Part shown: in pieces, positions 63,071 through 64,000 of the stretch
Layout of the letters: each line of letters begins with the position of its first letter
Numbering within the stretch: the stretch's first letter is position 1
Assembly: GCA_965113315.1 (NCBI GenBank)
Contig: CBCOUM010000020.1
Length of the DNA: 64,000 bases
From: Podarcis vaucheri
Lineage: Eukaryota
Strand: one strand, 5' to 3'
Notes under the pieces: model-generated
What the model was told of the DNA's origin: nothing
The model's database searches: none
The model's input: the letters and a program-made list of their open reading frames with translations, nothing else
Translations under genes and position numbers: made by a program

Positions 63071-63304
63071 TTTAAAACCCCTAACAACTCTTAAACCCCA
63101 TTTTAAAATACACTATACTTTAGAGACCCCTTATGCTGCGTTTAGAACCAGAATTGCATTTGCATAGAAACTGTTTCTCCGCCATGAGCAGCGTTTCTTA
63201 GGGGTTCTGGGAATTGTAGATCTGTGAGAGGGAAGCTACAATGCCCAGGATCATTTGGGCAACGTCATGTGCTTTAAATGCTCATTGGATGCACTTTAAA
63301 TCGT

Positions 63305-63600
63305 AGGATCATAGAGTTGGGCGGAATCCCCTGCAATGCAGGAAAATCAGCTAAAGCATCCATAGCTGATGGCCATCCAACCTCTGCTGAAAACCCTCCC
63401 AGGAAGGAGAGTCTACCGCCTTCCGAGGGATTTCCTTCCACTGTCAAACAGCTCTTGCTGTCAGAACGTTCTTCCTGAAGTTGAGTCTGAATCTCCTTTC
63501 TTGTAGTTTGAAGCCATGGCTTCAGGTCCTGAGGGCCTCTGAAGCAGGAGAAAACAAGCTTCCTCTCTCCTCCCTGTGACGGCCCTTGAGATATTGACAG
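63305..63600 (-). mobile_element. CR1 LINE 3' fragment
   Basis: Reverse complement resembles 57230-57510. Confidence 0.7.
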
Positions 63601-64000
63601 GGCTGCATGTCGTGGCTCTCATATCAATGTCCTGAGGGACAGAGAGCAAAACGGTTCTCTCTCCCCTTTCTCCACCCCCATGCAGAATTGCAAGGGGTCA
63701 GTGCATCTGGCTGGTAAGAAGATGGTTGGAGTTTGGAACCCAGCCAAGGCTGGCTGTGGGCAGGATCCTGGCATTGCCGGGCGTTGGACTAGACAACCCT
63801 TGGGTTGCACTCTACCATGCTATGATTCTATCGAGCAGCTAAAGGAACAGGCGGGGGAGCAAGATGCAGAACAAGGGGAGGCACAACCACACACCCCAAC
63901 AGCACCCTTTGGGCTGACCCACAGTGGCCTCATCCCAGCACACTTTGAAACCCCACCCCACCCTTTGATTTTCTTTCTATTAATTCAGCTGCCTGGCAAC

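Noticed and set aside
62000-64000. HDAC10 3' end expected from human synteny
   Set aside because: No recognisable exon; only LINE/MITE fragments and simple repeats seen

Overview
Eukaryotic (squamate lizard, most likely lacertid, judged from Sauria/POM-type SINEs, Squam3, BovB, L2 and CR1 repeats) genomic window; nearly all entries in the six-frame ORF track are spurious, and the real genes are spliced. Left to right: (1) the last five coding exons of SELENOO (+), ending C-V-T-Sec-S-S with an in-frame TGA (6309-6311) and a clean type-II SECIS with a GUGA core (6595-6642); (2) a 7.2-kb structurally complete but non-coding LTR retroelement (8457-15650; 896-bp LTRs about 99.4% identical, 5-bp TSD, tRNA-Lys PBS, PPT); (3) an intact six-exon gene (+, 18756-26483, about 268 aa) for a probably secreted fibrinogen C-terminal-domain-only protein most like ANGPTL5, sitting where human has SELENOO directly tail-to-tail with TUBGCP6; (4) a complete TUBGCP6 (-, 25 coding exons, 59824 to 28017, about 1716 aa, with 27-aa tandem repeats) and its CpG-island promoter carrying an RFX X-box. 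Introns are full of MITEs, SINEs and LINE fragments; two hAT-type elements appear to carry captured CpG-rich host first-exon/promoter DNA. All coordinates were read by eye.
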